Assembly: GCA_951406725.2 (NCBI GenBank)
Contig: OX597815.1
Location: 10,540,001 to 10,604,000 of the forward strand
Direction: 5' to 3'
DNA length: 64,000 nucleotides
Source: Octopus vulgaris
Taxonomy: Eukaryota
This document shows positions 13,001 to 24,712 of the stretch, one piece after another. The notes under the pieces were generated by a model that saw nothing but the letters and a program-made list of their open reading frames with translations, did not search any database and had not been told where the DNA came from. How positions within the stretch are numbered: the first letter of the stretch is position 1; the number at the start of each line of letters is the position of its first letter. The translations under genes and the position numbers were made by a program.

Positions 13001-13899
13001 TGGTTAGAGTTGCGGATTTTAGGAAGTGTATCACGCTCATCCATGCTGGTTTCTTTAATTTTCAGCCATTCAATCATGATTTGATTTTTTAGCTCATGTA
13101 GTTCTGTTGGGTCAATATTTGTGTGACTTTCTTTATCTATTTGATGCTCATCTGTCTTAGTGTTTATGATTGGTTCAGGGCGTATTTCACTTTGCCTATC
13201 ACTTATACTAACTCTTTCAATCTTCTCTTCGTTTTTATCCGCCCTGGGCTGGTCTATAATCATTTCCTCTGTATTATCTTCTCTAGCTGCAGCTTCGTTC
13301 ATTTTATCCGATATTGCTTGTCTAACCTGATCAATCTCTACTTCAGTCAGTAATTTCTTTTTTATAATGTTTCTTCTAACATTGGCAAGCTTGTTACTGT
13401 CTATGTAGGGTCTTACTTCAGGGTGTTTTTGTCTCCAGTTTAAGTATGCTTGTACAGTGCTAGACTTATCTGTGGGGAAATATATGGCATGGTAGAAGGC
13501 CTCAAGAACTTCTTTATTATCTTCCCTAGACCATTTTTCCTTCTTTTTCTTTTGATTATTTGGTGATGAGCATGGATGGCCATCTGTTGGAATATTCCGG
13601 TTGTGGGGTTCGTCCAGCTCCTGTGTGTTGGGAAGATTTGATCCAGTAACTGATTTTTCAATCAGGATTTGGTTCAATTTTCGGGTACGTGGTCTTTTGT
13701 AATCCGCGCAATGACCAATGCGGTTTATTGTTTGATTTGTTGACCTTGAAGCATGACGAGCATCCATTCTTATATTAGGAGATGGATCTGTCAGTTTAGG
13801 GTTCACTACGTGTAAGCATTGCTCATAGCGCCGCTTCTTAAGACTAGCAGATCTATATTCGTCTGTATTTTTTTTGTTGATAGTTTTATCTCCGGACAT
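9847..13899 (-). mobile_element. Near-complete R4/Dong-clade non-LTR retrotransposon (RT plus restriction-like endonuclease)
   Basis: Four consecutive ORF pieces covering RT, CCHC and PD..D endonuclease domains; 3' UTR runs into (AAT)n; 5' boundary uncertain. Confidence 0.92.
10080..13899 (-). pseudogene. Dong/R4 polyprotein ORF broken by three frameshifts
   Basis: Pieces 12691-13899, 11583-12707 (KSPGKD, NYRPITCL, QKG, IDYKKAFDS, GIFQGDSLSP, YMDDLK), 11050-11550 (YKYLG, ERLYLPRK), 10080-11114 (CRVC..HVVSKC, RHD, NRPDI..IDMTVP, KLSKY). Confidence 0.9.
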
Positions 13900-14410
13900 T
13901 TTTTTTTTTTTTTTTTTTTTCCTTTCCTCCTCTTCCTTTCTTCAAGGCTTACTGTGTCTGTATTAGTTCGAAATAATGAGAATAAAATACGGAGAAGGAA
14001 ACGAAAAGAAAGGGAAAAAGACGGGATCTGTCAGTTATTATTGTTATTACTATCATCTTCACCACCATCACCATCATCAGCAACATCACCATCACCATCA
14101 TCATCTTCAATGACATTGTTTTATGTGTAGCCACAGCCACCATCAACACTCCATTGTGTTGGAGAATGGGTGGTTAAAGAATTCATGTTCTTTGGGTCTA
14201 TAAATAGCCACGGTAGATGGTGGGGACAAAGGACGTTAATGGTCAGTAAAAGGTCAAACCTGTTTACGTTTAGTTATTTTTTTTTTTTTTTTTTTTTTTC
14301 CTTTCTCTTTTCTTCTTCACCACATGCATATGTATATGTATATATATGTATATTCACTCACACATATTATCTGATGTTTTCGTCGAAGATTTTTTTTTTT
14401 CTTCTTCTTC

Positions 14411-14453
<43 letters not shown>

Positions 14454-15008
14454 TGAGTGAGAGAGCAGTGCATGCCATCAAAGTGACACTGGGGTAAAAT
14501 ATACAAAGCCTAGTATACCCATCATGACTATCCATCTGATAAGGGTAAACAAGGCACATGCATCACAACCATACGTGCGCGGAATGGCGATCTCATATCA
14601 AGATAAACAGCACATGACTTTGCAGGTGGGGCCGAGTTAGAATTTTCTTCTGGTCGAGTAGCCCATCCCGCTCAAAAGGTCCCTGAGTAAGGATTGTTTA
14701 AGGATGTTGAACGAACCACCCATGTTTCCAAAGGTGAATTATCCAAACCTCCAAGAATTTCTTTCAACACACGGCTGTGATGCTCCCCCACTACTTCTGC
14801 TTGTGATCAGAGATGCACATATCGTCAGCCATTAAGGGACATGGTCAACTGGTTAAGGTCAAACAACTAACAAGCAAATCTGTGGTAGTGAGCAGAATAT
14901 TGGCTGTAGCCCATCTTTTATGCCAAGACGAAACAACGTACATGATAACACTTCCAATCAGTCAAGGTCAGAAGCCACGAGAGCCACTGCCTGGTACTGC
15001 GTCAGGGC
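14454..15008 (-). mobile_element. About 555-bp non-coding repeat (family D) bounded by (AAT)n
   Basis: Other copies at 18946-19281, 60583-60915, 61276-61815 and 63715-63925; no ORF and no tRNA boxes seen. Confidence 0.8.
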
Positions 15009-15009
15009 A

Positions 15010-15065
<56 letters not shown>

Positions 15066-15559
15066 CATTGAGACAGCGAGCTGGGAGAACCGCTAGCATG
15101 CCAGACAAAAATGCTTAGCAGTATTTTCTCCGTCTTTATGTTCTGAGTTCAAGTTCCGTTGAGGTTGACTTTGTCTTTCATCAATTTGGGTTCAATAAAA
15201 TTAGTACCATAAGCACTTGGATCGATGTAATCGACTTGCTTTCTCCTTCAAGATTTCTGGACTTGGCTATCCCCCTCCACCAAATGCTAGGCCTTGTGCC
15301 TACAGTAGAAAGGATTATTATTATAGGTGCCTGACATCTGGAATTTTCGTCAGGCACTTACTCCTCTCAACAAGCTCTGTAATACGGACGCAATATATAT
15401 ATAAATCAAATTTTGGACAAGAGCTCAAATTGAAAAATAAAATGTTGACAAGGGTAGCTCTAACAGAGAGTTGCAGTGCACTTCAGAGTCCTCCGCCTTC
15501 AAGTAGTCAGACACCAAGTAAGCAAGTTAGTCTATCATAAGTTGACGGGCGCAATCGTC

Positions 15560-16610
15560 AATTACCGATGATGGATAGCCCTGGAAAAGGGCTATAAGAG
15601 TTGAGGCGCTAGGGTTTGGTAAAAAATAGCCATAGAAAAGTCGAGAATAAAGGGAGACTTAGTTAGGCAAGTAGAAGAGGCACTTAGAAAAGGCATAGCG
15701 ACCTAAATGCTGGCAGCGTGATCAATTCTTCAATTGGTTACGCAGTCAGAGATGGGGTGCGTACTCTAAGACACGAGGAAAGGAAAGCGGTTTGATGGGC
15801 CTGTGTGAAAGAGGTGCAACATGGCAACAAGGGCACAATTCGGTTTTCATGGGCTGGGTAGAGCTCTGTTAATAGAAGCCAAGCAGATATATGCTAAATT
15901 TCAGCAGTACTTTGCCAAACTGTAAAGAGGCTCGTGCTGGGTCGCAGATGAGGGTAGATTTCACCTCTTGCTTCAATGGCCTGCCACGGCTTTCGGCCAT
16001 AGATGTGGAGTTCTGCAAAATGCTGATAACAGCCGAAGGCACACGTGATACGATGATTGGGTACGCGAGGGAAGGGTCTCCAGGATTGGATGGTTTGCCC
16101 TTCGAGCTTTACCTTCATATGCCAGACTTGTTCGGTAATGTCTTGCCAGATGACTACCGCAACAGGCAGCAGAATAGGAGAATTCCCAGTTCTATGAGCC
16201 GAGCTGAGGTGATGCTGCTTAGAAAAGACCCGAACAAAGGGAACCAAATAGATAGATTTAGACCCGTAACTCTGCCAAACGCTGATTACAAGATATTCGT
16301 GAAAGTGTTAGCCCCGAGGCTGACGTTTGCCGGGGATAAACTGGTCGGCGAAGCGCAGAATGCGCTGTTCCTAATAAATCTTTTCATGACACCCTGTACC
16401 TCACGTGTTACATCTTAGGGAAGGTAGGTACGGAACCTGGCATCGGTGGGAACTTGATCAATTCGCATCAGTCAAAAGGTTTCGATAGGATAGACTATCA
16501 ATACTTGGAGGCTGTCCTCGAGATGGCCGGCTTTGGTCCCCTTTTAAGAAGCTGGATCGCTGCCATGTACTTCGACATCTGTTCGGTGGCCAAAGTAAAT
16601 GGCAATTTAT
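15560..16610 (+). mobile_element. Decayed Tx1/L1-clade element, N-terminal RT
   Basis: ORF 15891-16418 contains GSPGLDGLPFELY, KDPNKG and FRPVTLPNADYKIFVKVLA; DQSKAFDR-like sequence follows. Confidence 0.8.
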
Positions 16611-17094
16611 GGGGGATCATATAGCATCGCAGTAATGATGACGTCACATCTGCTGTTGATGACTTTTTTTTACCAATAGGGGGAAAGGGTCTTCACGAAT
16701 GGGATCCAATCACTGCAACACCGATGGAAGAAATACCAGGACCGCAAGGGGTCTGTGTCGAAAATAAACCTCATTTAGTCTCATTTCGTGAGAGTACATT
16801 GGTCAGCCTTTCAACTTTACAACCGACCCTGGTATTATGAAAGGTATTCCAGTTGCGACGGTTTCCCCTTTTATTTCAGACAGTGTATATGGGGCTTGAT
16901 TATGTAATGCATCCTTCCCACTTTTAATTCAATAAAGTCTGACTGGAGGAAGATTTAGCTGCTATTGTTTGCAGGCTGGTTGACAGTGCAAAGATTCTTA
17001 CATCAGTTCATGTCAACAACCTGTGAAGAGCAAACATTCGAAGCAAAACTATATATATATAAATGGCAGTCACTTCATATTGTTGGTTCATAGC

Positions 17095-17700
17095 AATTTC
17101 TCCTCCTCCTCCTCCTGTTATCCCTTTCTTCTTCTTGTTTTCCTTCTTTTTCTCCCTCTTCTTTTTCTTCTTGTTATCCATTCTTCTTCTTCTTCTGTTC
17201 TTTTCTTTTCTTTCTTCTTTTTCTCCCTCTTCTTTTCTTCTTGCTATGCCTTTCTTCTTTTTCTTCTTCTTCTTCTTCTTCTTCTTCTTCTTCTTCTTCT
17301 TCTTCTTCTTCTTCTTCTTCTTCTTCTTCTTCTTCTTTTCTTTCTTCTTTTTCTCCCTCTTCTTTTCTTCTGGCTATTCCTTTCTTCTTCTTCTTCTTCT
17401 TCTTCTTCTTTTCTTTCTTCTTTTTCTCCCTCTTCTTTTCTTCTGGCTATTCCTTTCTTCTTCTTCTTCTTCTTCTTCTTCTTCTTCTTCTTCTTCTTTT
17501 CTTTCTTCTTTTTCTCCCTCTTCTTTTCTTCTGGCTATTCCTTTCTTCTTCTTCTTCTTCTTCTTCTTCTTCTTCTTCTTCTTCTTCTTTTTCCTCTTCT
17601 TGTTGTCATATTCTTTTTCTCCCTCTTCTTTTTCTTGTTATCTTCTTATTCTTTTTTCCCTTCTCCTTTTTCTTCTTGCTATGCTTTTCTTCTTCCTTAA
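17095..17700. repeat. Compound (TTC)n polypyrimidine minisatellite
   Basis: TTC runs separated by recurring TTTTTCTCCCTCTTCTTTTCTTCTGGCTATTCC. Confidence 0.95.
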
Positions 17701-17754
17701 TCCTTTATATATTAACCAAAATGAAGTAGATTGACAAATTCATTTTTTCAACCA

Positions 17755-18790
17755 GTCGGCTTATACGGACGACTTCAACGAAGTAGCGTCGGACATCTCG
17801 GAAATTGGAATGATCGGCACTGCGGTGACTGGAGCAAAGATTAAAGAAAAAGTGTGCCTGCAGCGCGGCACCGGGTGAGGCCAGTCCATGTCGTAGGGAG
17901 ATGGACGGAAGGTTCGGTTAAATTACTCGTGGGATGGTTTGGTCTGGACCTCGAGGTGGACAAGAACGGTGGGGAGGGCGGGTAGCATGTGGCGAGCAGG
18001 CTGGTATGTCTTACCTAGAATTGGGCTAAGAAGTAGCCGTCCCTGAAGTGATGGGCGGAGGTAGCGAATCCGTACATCGCTTCCGTCGTCTACTACCGTA
18101 TGACTGTTGTCCCTTGCCCTCGTTCGTGAATGGTCAAGTTGGAGCGCTTGCCCTTCTGCTTTCTTTATAAGGGACGTGTTCCGCTTCGTAGACAGTCCAT
18201 TTGCTGTCAGCAACCGTTGAGTGGGGAATTGGCCATGTCGAAGGTAATGATGCGCAGATATGCGCTGAGTCTGCGACATCTCCAGCATTTCTTTGGCAGT
18301 GTGTAGGTGTGGTCACTATTTGTTAGATAGGATTTTCTGTAGCTTGTCTCATCCTCGGAGCTACTGTCCTGAATCAAGCGTAGCCCAAGACAAGGTGCTT
18401 GGCACATGAAGTATCAACAAGCACTCACAGCTCTCTGCCAGTCGGGTAATGTAGTCGCTAGAAGTTTCTCATTGGAGTTCTATGGGGGATTAATGGCGGG
18501 CAAGAACGATGACGACATCGGGGAAACTCTGGGTGTCGGGAGGGATAAATTAGCTGGTATTTTCCGGAGAACTTTCGGGGAGGGGGCTTATGGACAATTT
18601 CTAGAAATTTCTGGCGTTGCAATGCAACCGGTGGGATCTGCCGGCTCAAACAAGCTCTGCACGCACAGAAGTGCTGTCAGACGAACCTGTCCGAGATGTG
18701 TTCAGGGTGATATGAGACCGTCTTACATGCACTCAACCGAGTCTATCGTGAGGAAAGGACTGAAGACAGATACTTTCCTCTTTGGTCAAG
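17755..18790 (+). mobile_element. Continuation of decayed Tx1/L1 element
   Basis: Starts with SAYTDD (YADD-like); shares motifs with 8000-9070, for example AAAGGACTGAAGACAGA. Confidence 0.65.
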
Positions 18791-18896
18791 CTAGTATCGA
18801 CTCTACCGTTCATTCTTTCGGGGCTGGGGCGATGTAATCGACTAGACTCTCCCCAAAATTTCAGGCCTTGTGCCTTTGCAGAAAGGATTATTATCA

Positions 18897-18945
<49 letters not shown>

Positions 18946-18946
<1 letters not shown>

Positions 18947-19281
18947 GAGTGAGAGAGCAGTTCATGCTATCAAAGTGACACTGGGGTAAAATATACGAAG
19001 CCCAGTATACCCATCATGACTACCCGTCTGATAAGGGTACACCAGGCACATGCATCACAATCATATGTGCGCGACAAGGTGATCTCATATCAAGATAAAC
19101 AGCACATGACCTTGCAGGTGGGACCCAGTTAGAATTTTCTTCAGGTTGAGTAACCCATCCCGCTCAAAAGGTCCCTGAATAAGGGTTGTTTAAGGATGTT
19201 GAAAGAACCACCCATGTTTCCAGAGGTGAATTATTCAAACCCCAAAGAATCCCTCTCAACACATGGCTATGATGCTCCCCA
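18946..19281 (-). mobile_element. 5'-truncated family D copy in (AAT)n
   Basis: Same terminus as 14454, stops at GATGCTCCCC. Confidence 0.8.
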
Positions 19282-19314
19282 TATTATTACTATTATTTTT
19301 ATTATTATTATTGA

Positions 19315-19968
19315 GGCATCGAGCTGGCAGAATCGTTAGTACGCCGGGCAAAATGCTTAGCGGTATTTCGTCCCTCTATTCCTTCTGAGTTCAAGGTCGA
19401 CTTTGCCCCTTTCATCCTTTTAGAGTCGATAAATTTAGTACCATTGAAACACTGGGCTCAATGTATTCGACTTGTCGCCTCACCCGAAATTTCAGGCCTT
19501 GTGCCTATAGTACAAAAGATTGTCATTATTTTTATTATTATTATGGAAGGTGCTAAGGCAGCGAGCTGGCAGAAACGTTAGCACGCCGGTTAAAATGCTT
19601 CGCGGTATTTCGTCTGCCGTTATGTTCTGAGTTCAATTTCCGCCGAGATCAACTTTGCCTTTCATACTTTCGGGGTCGATAAATGAAGTACCAGTCACGC
19701 ATTGGGGTCGATATAATCGACTTAATCCGTTTGTCTGTCCTTGTTTGTCCTCTCTGTGTTTAGCCTCTTGTGGGCAGTAAAGAAATAGGTATTTCGTCCG
19801 CCGCTACGTTCTGAGTTCAAATTCTGCCGAGGTCGACTTTGCCTTTCATTCTTTCGGGGTCGATTAATTAAGTACCAGTTCAGTACTGGGGTTGGTGTAA
19901 CCGACATCACCGCCTCCACCACTCCCAGAAAACTTCAGGACTTGTTCCTCTCGTAGAAAGGGTTCTTA
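19315..19968 (+). mobile_element. Two adjacent family A SINEs (monomer, then head plus about 2 units)
   Basis: GAGCTGGCAGAA heads at about 19321 and 19563, Nin-like core, ATT tails. Confidence 0.8.
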
Positions 19969-20666
19969 TTATCGCTGTTAATGTTCCTCCACTTCATCCT
20001 TCTTTGTTGCGCTTTTCAAAGTGGACATAACAATATATTATCAGTTTAAATAGTAGAAGACTGATTTTATATTTTAACGTCTAGTGTACCAGTTATCGTG
20101 TATGGTTCATTAGATACTAGCTGCAGACAGGAGGTCAACGACAGTTGCGTTTCCTTGTGCCAGAGGGATTATAGTCCTAACGCACCGGTCATTACCTTCA
20201 GCAGTATACACACGGTTGTTAGCATTAAGACCCGACCACCAGGTCCCTTCCCACCAATATAATTCCTTCAGACGTTGACCGGTAGATGATCCTGTTGGAT
20301 GTCGATCTTTGCCGTCTTGGAAAAAGTCATTGGCATTAAGACGATCCAGATAAATAAATATATATATAAATAAATCTAAAATATCCGATAAGTATATTTA
20401 CAAACATTCATGTGTGTGCGTGCGTGTCTATCTGTCTGTACATATATGTATAGACGCGCACACACATAAACACGCACACACACACACACACGCACACACA
20501 CATGCACACACACACACACAGAAGCACACACATACACACATGCACGCACTCACACAAGCACAAATAATATGCAAGTGATATGTGTCTGGTTGTTTACCTT
20601 GATCGGGCGATCTACTGGCGCAAATCAGTCAATGTGTTCACTGAATTACACACACACACACATACA

Positions 20667-20706
<40 letters not shown>

Positions 20707-20790
20707 TATACACACATATACACACACATACACACACATACACACACACACACACACACGCACACACACACACATATTTATACGCACACA

Positions 20791-21465
20791 TAGAGAGGGT
20801 GCGATGGGTAAATTGTCACCATTTTATATTTTTAATTTCGCGTACCTGCATTGTTTGTCCTTGATTTTGTTACTACACAGTATAGTAGGGTCAATTGGGC
20901 ACCGGTCTATGAAAAAACAGCAAACTGACGCAGTTCACTCTGCCAGGAATTTGGAAACGGGACGCTGTACTGCTTGGCATTAGCGTTGGAGGCTCCAGTA
21001 CGGACATTTCAGAGTGTTTGGGTGTCAATCTGAGGACAGTGGAATCTGAGAACAGAGCAATCTGAGGACAGAGCAATCTGAGGACAGAGCAATCTGAGGA
21101 CAGAGCAATCTGAGGACAGTGCAATCTGAGGACAGTGGAATCTGAGGACAGAGCAATCTGAGGACAGTGCAATCTGAGGACAGTGGAATCTGAGAACAGA
21201 GCAATCTGAGGACAGAGCAATCTGAGGACAGAGCAATCTGAGGACAGAGCAATCTGAGGACAGTGCAATCTGAGGACAGTGGAATCTAAGGATAGAGCAA
21301 TCTGAGGACATGTGCCGAAAGTGATAAAAATCAAGCATCCAGTCAACATCATGGTATTTGGAGTGATCACTAGTGCTAGCGACGTTATGCCTCCATTCAT
21401 CTTCCGACACAGCCTCAGATTCAACACAGACGCCTACATCAAGTGCCTGGAAGAGGTAGAGCCGC
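20791..21465 (+). mobile_element. Internally deleted Tc1/mariner-superfamily (maT/DD37D-like) transposon
   Basis: TIR-like GAGGGTGCGATGGGTAAATTGTCACC; remnants TDISECLGVNLRTV and KIKHPVNIMVFGVITS..VMPPFIF..LRFNTDAYIKCLEEV. Confidence 0.7.
21027..21310. repeat. 16-bp minisatellite, 18 units, 9-unit higher-order duplication
   Basis: Unit AATCTGAGGACAGWGS; the variant order of units 1-7 recurs exactly in units 10-16. Confidence 0.95.
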
Positions 21466-21798
21466 ACAGAAGATGAAACAATAATTCATTTACGCAAGCT
21501 GAAGTATCAATTTCTAATAGCGATAGACTGTACTCACATTTTTCTTATATCCTTGTCTAAATGAATAATTGTTTCATCTTCTGTGATTTTATGCCTCTGT
21601 ATTCTATGTATAAGAAAAAGCATTATGTTTCTTTATATGTGATTAAATGTTCGAGATGTGATATGTTAGGTGGATGACCTTAGATTTGTTGTTCTACAAC
21701 CAAAGTTTGTTATACTCGTCTCATTTACTTGAGCACTTCTACAGCAGTCCTATTAATCCTATTGTTCCTAATAAGAAACAATCACTATTATTATTATT

Positions 21799-21884
<86 letters not shown>

Positions 21885-22033
21885 AGTAGTTGAATGAATT
21901 ATCTTATTATGGATAATTCGGTTAACCGATACCTGGGTAGCAAATTCACGTCAGAAAAACACGGTTGAAGCTACATGCCAAGGGCAGAGATCACGTGCTT
22001 TCGTGTGGAAATTTGTGTGTTTTTTTAATACAA

Positions 22034-22260
22034 ATAAATGAAAGAATGGAGTTGAACGACGATTATCGGTATGGGCTCCGTGTGGGCAGTCATCTAAGAG
22101 TTTTTGTTCATCTTGATGCTGACATAAGTTCCTTGTTTTTCCTGATGAGAAGGCGACATAATTCACCCCTTATTCCTTCGAAATTAGGAATATGCAGCCT
22201 TCGAAACATATGTCGAAAATAAAGGAATTTTGTTAATTCGTCGTTCAACTCCATTCTTTC

Positions 22261-22265
<5 letters not shown>
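22034..22265 (+). mobile_element. Penelope-like pseudo-LTR fragment with 29-bp inverted ends
   Basis: ATAAATGAAAGAATGGAGTTGAACGACGA ... TCGTCGTTCAACTCCATTCTTTCATTTAT; contains a hammerhead; abuts (TA)n. Confidence 0.65.
22129..22227 (+). ncRNA. Type I hammerhead ribozyme, canonical core
   Basis: Stem I TTCCTTGTTTTTC/GAAAATAAAGGAA, CTGATGA, stem II GAAGGC/GCCTTC, GAAA, palindromic stem III ACATATGT, predicted cleavage after GUC (22214). Confidence 0.85.
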
Positions 22266-22322
<57 letters not shown>

Positions 22323-22479
22323 GTTTGCTTGAAGGCACACGCGGACGGGCGGGGGAAGCTAAGCGAACCTCATTCATATTTTGATTTCGGCGGTGCTAAC
22401 ATTGAATTTGATCTGTCTAATACCGATAGGTGGAAAGATTTGTTCAACTATTCTAGTACCCTCGAATTATCGTGGAAAG

Positions 22480-22561
22480 CCATGCTGATGAAGAATATGG
22501 TTAGTAAAGTATAATTTTATATTCTTTAGGCAAAACCTAATTCAGAAACGCGCGTCCATGG
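22480..22561 (+). ncRNA. Type I hammerhead-like motif (stem II base imperfect)
   Basis: CCATG-CTGATGA-A-GAAT...ATTC-A-GAAA-CGCGCG-TC-CATGG; stem III ACGCGCGT; cleavage site 22556. Confidence 0.7.
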
Positions 22562-22738
22562 ACGACCAGATATTGATTGATTTTCGTTGCTTTACTCTCT
22601 GCTTGAGTGAATTATCTTCAAGTATTTTGGTTTCTCTGGGAGACCCTTTTTAAAGTAGAAGAAATAGCTAAGATTTTTGGCTTCTATTTCTAAACTTCAG
22701 TGTGTGGTGAAGCAAATCTTTGCCGAACCCTTTTATTA

Positions 22739-22807
<69 letters not shown>

Positions 22808-23074
22808 TTTAAATAATGAGGGAGATAAATTAATATTAATTTTAATATCAATTTAAAACCAGTAGTCTAGCATACAAAAAATCTGAAAAATCAGAGAAAA
22901 TTCTAATACATGTGTATATTTACAGGGCAAGACTGCTAGGTAGTCTGCCGCATGCTAGAAATAGATCATCAACGATCAAACTACAAAGAAAGTTCTCTAG
23001 AGGAAAAATTCAGCGAACACCAGAACCAAATTTGGCGGGCAGGACAGATGAAATTTATATAAAAAGCAGAATTA

Positions 23075-23151
23075 ATTGCATACCTCGGTTTCGGCCTTTA
23101 ACAAAAGAATTACTTACATAATTCAAATGTCCGTGGCTTCATCAGTGCAAT
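23075..23151 (-). ncRNA. Type I hammerhead-like motif
   Basis: Minus strand ATTGCA-CTGATGA-AGCC...GGCC-GAAA-CCGAGG-TA-TGCAAT; A-C mismatch at the base of stem II. Confidence 0.7.
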
Positions 23152-23387
23152 CGTTCAGTGTAAATGCCATCTGAAAAATAACCCCAGCTTTCTGTGCCAA
23201 AACAGACACGTGTTTAGTTTTACCGATTATATTAGGGATAAAATTTCAAATGCCTTAGTTCCGGCGCACTAAAAAATTCCTGAAGCGAAGAACTGCAGTA
23301 AATAATTCACTGCGGTTAGTGCTTGCTACTAGAGAACGTATTTATTTCAATATTTAAATAATGAAGGAGATATATACATATATATAT

Positions 23388-23508
<121 letters not shown>

Positions 23509-23877
23509 CGAAGTCAGCGGGGGCAGGCAAAATGCTCAGCAAATTCCTTCGTCTTTATGTTCTGAGTTCAAATTCTACTGAGGTCAATTGTGCATTTCAT
23601 CCTTTCGGAGTGTATACTAGGGTCAATGTAATCGGCTTACACCCTCCCCCGAAATTGCTGGCCTTGTGCCAAAATTCGAAAGCAATATACACCTATTTAC
23701 ATACTTATATAAATAAGAGGTAGTCAGAGTTTTTAATAATTCTTTTATTTACCGTTATTCAGAGCTTTCATCTCCTTCCAGTGATTCATCGGGATTCTCT
23801 GAAACGAGATGAAAGCTCTAAATAAATGATTATACAAAATTCTGACAGCTTCCTATTTCTTAATATTTGTATCTTTT

Positions 23878-24061
23878 ACCTTTTAATTGCTTCAGTCATT
23901 TCACTGAAGCCATACAGGTGCACCACCTACAAGAATTGTTACTCTTATTCTATCGGTCTCTTTTTATCGAGCCGCTAAATTACATGGATGGAAACACGCC
24001 AAAACCGGTTGTCAAGCGGTGGTGGGGGTACAAACACAGACACAAAGACAGACACACACAT

Positions 24062-24111
<50 letters not shown>

Positions 24112-24166
24112 ATATACATACATACATACATACATACATACATACATACATACATACATACATACA

Positions 24167-24202
<36 letters not shown>

Positions 24203-24503
24203 TCACCGTGATCACCGTGCCTGACCAGGCTATCAGATGTTGCTACACATAGATGGTCACAATGCGCTTTGCATTGTTTTAGCCTAACAAATGACGCCAC
24301 CCCGCTGGCTAAGCGAGCAGGCCAACAGAAGAAAGAGTGAGAGAAAGTTGTGGCGAAAGAGTACAGCAGGGATCGCCACCCCCCTGCCAGAGCCTCGTGG
24401 CGCTTTAGTTCAATAAACACTCACAACACCAGGTCTAGGAATCGAAACCGCGATCCTACGACCGCGAGTGCGCTGCCCTAACCACTGCGCCATTGCGCCT
24501 CCA

Positions 24504-24587
<84 letters not shown>

Positions 24588-24712
24588 CGACATGGTTCTT
24601 TCAGTGTCTATCTACGAAATTAACTCATAAGGCTTTCGTTGGGCCGAGGCTATAGTAGAAGTCATTTCCTATCCATGGGATTGGGAAGTCAACTTCTTAA
24701 CACCCACCCACG
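23878..24712 (-). mobile_element. Family C SINE split by microsatellites and a nested family B SINE
   Basis: 3' half at about 23878-24050, head at about 24586-24712. Confidence 0.65.
24203..24503 (-). mobile_element. SINE family B, tail type 2
   Basis: Same tRNA head as 3023-3404 but tail ...GCAACATCTGATAGCCTGGTCAGGCACGGTGATCACGGTGAT. Confidence 0.85.

Noticed and set aside
17023-17734. Long Phe/Leu/Ser ORFs, and the YI/HT/CV-repeat ORFs elsewhere (for example 26065-26663)
   Set aside because: Artefacts of microsatellites that lack stop codons.
20891-21467. Cys-rich repetitive ORFs on the minus strand
   Set aside because: They are translations of the 16-bp minisatellite; the real coding remnant is the plus-strand transposase.
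23755-23830. Functional hammerhead in a small palindrome
   Set aside because: Core is CCGATGA and stem I is poor; treated only as a decayed relative of the 36560 family.
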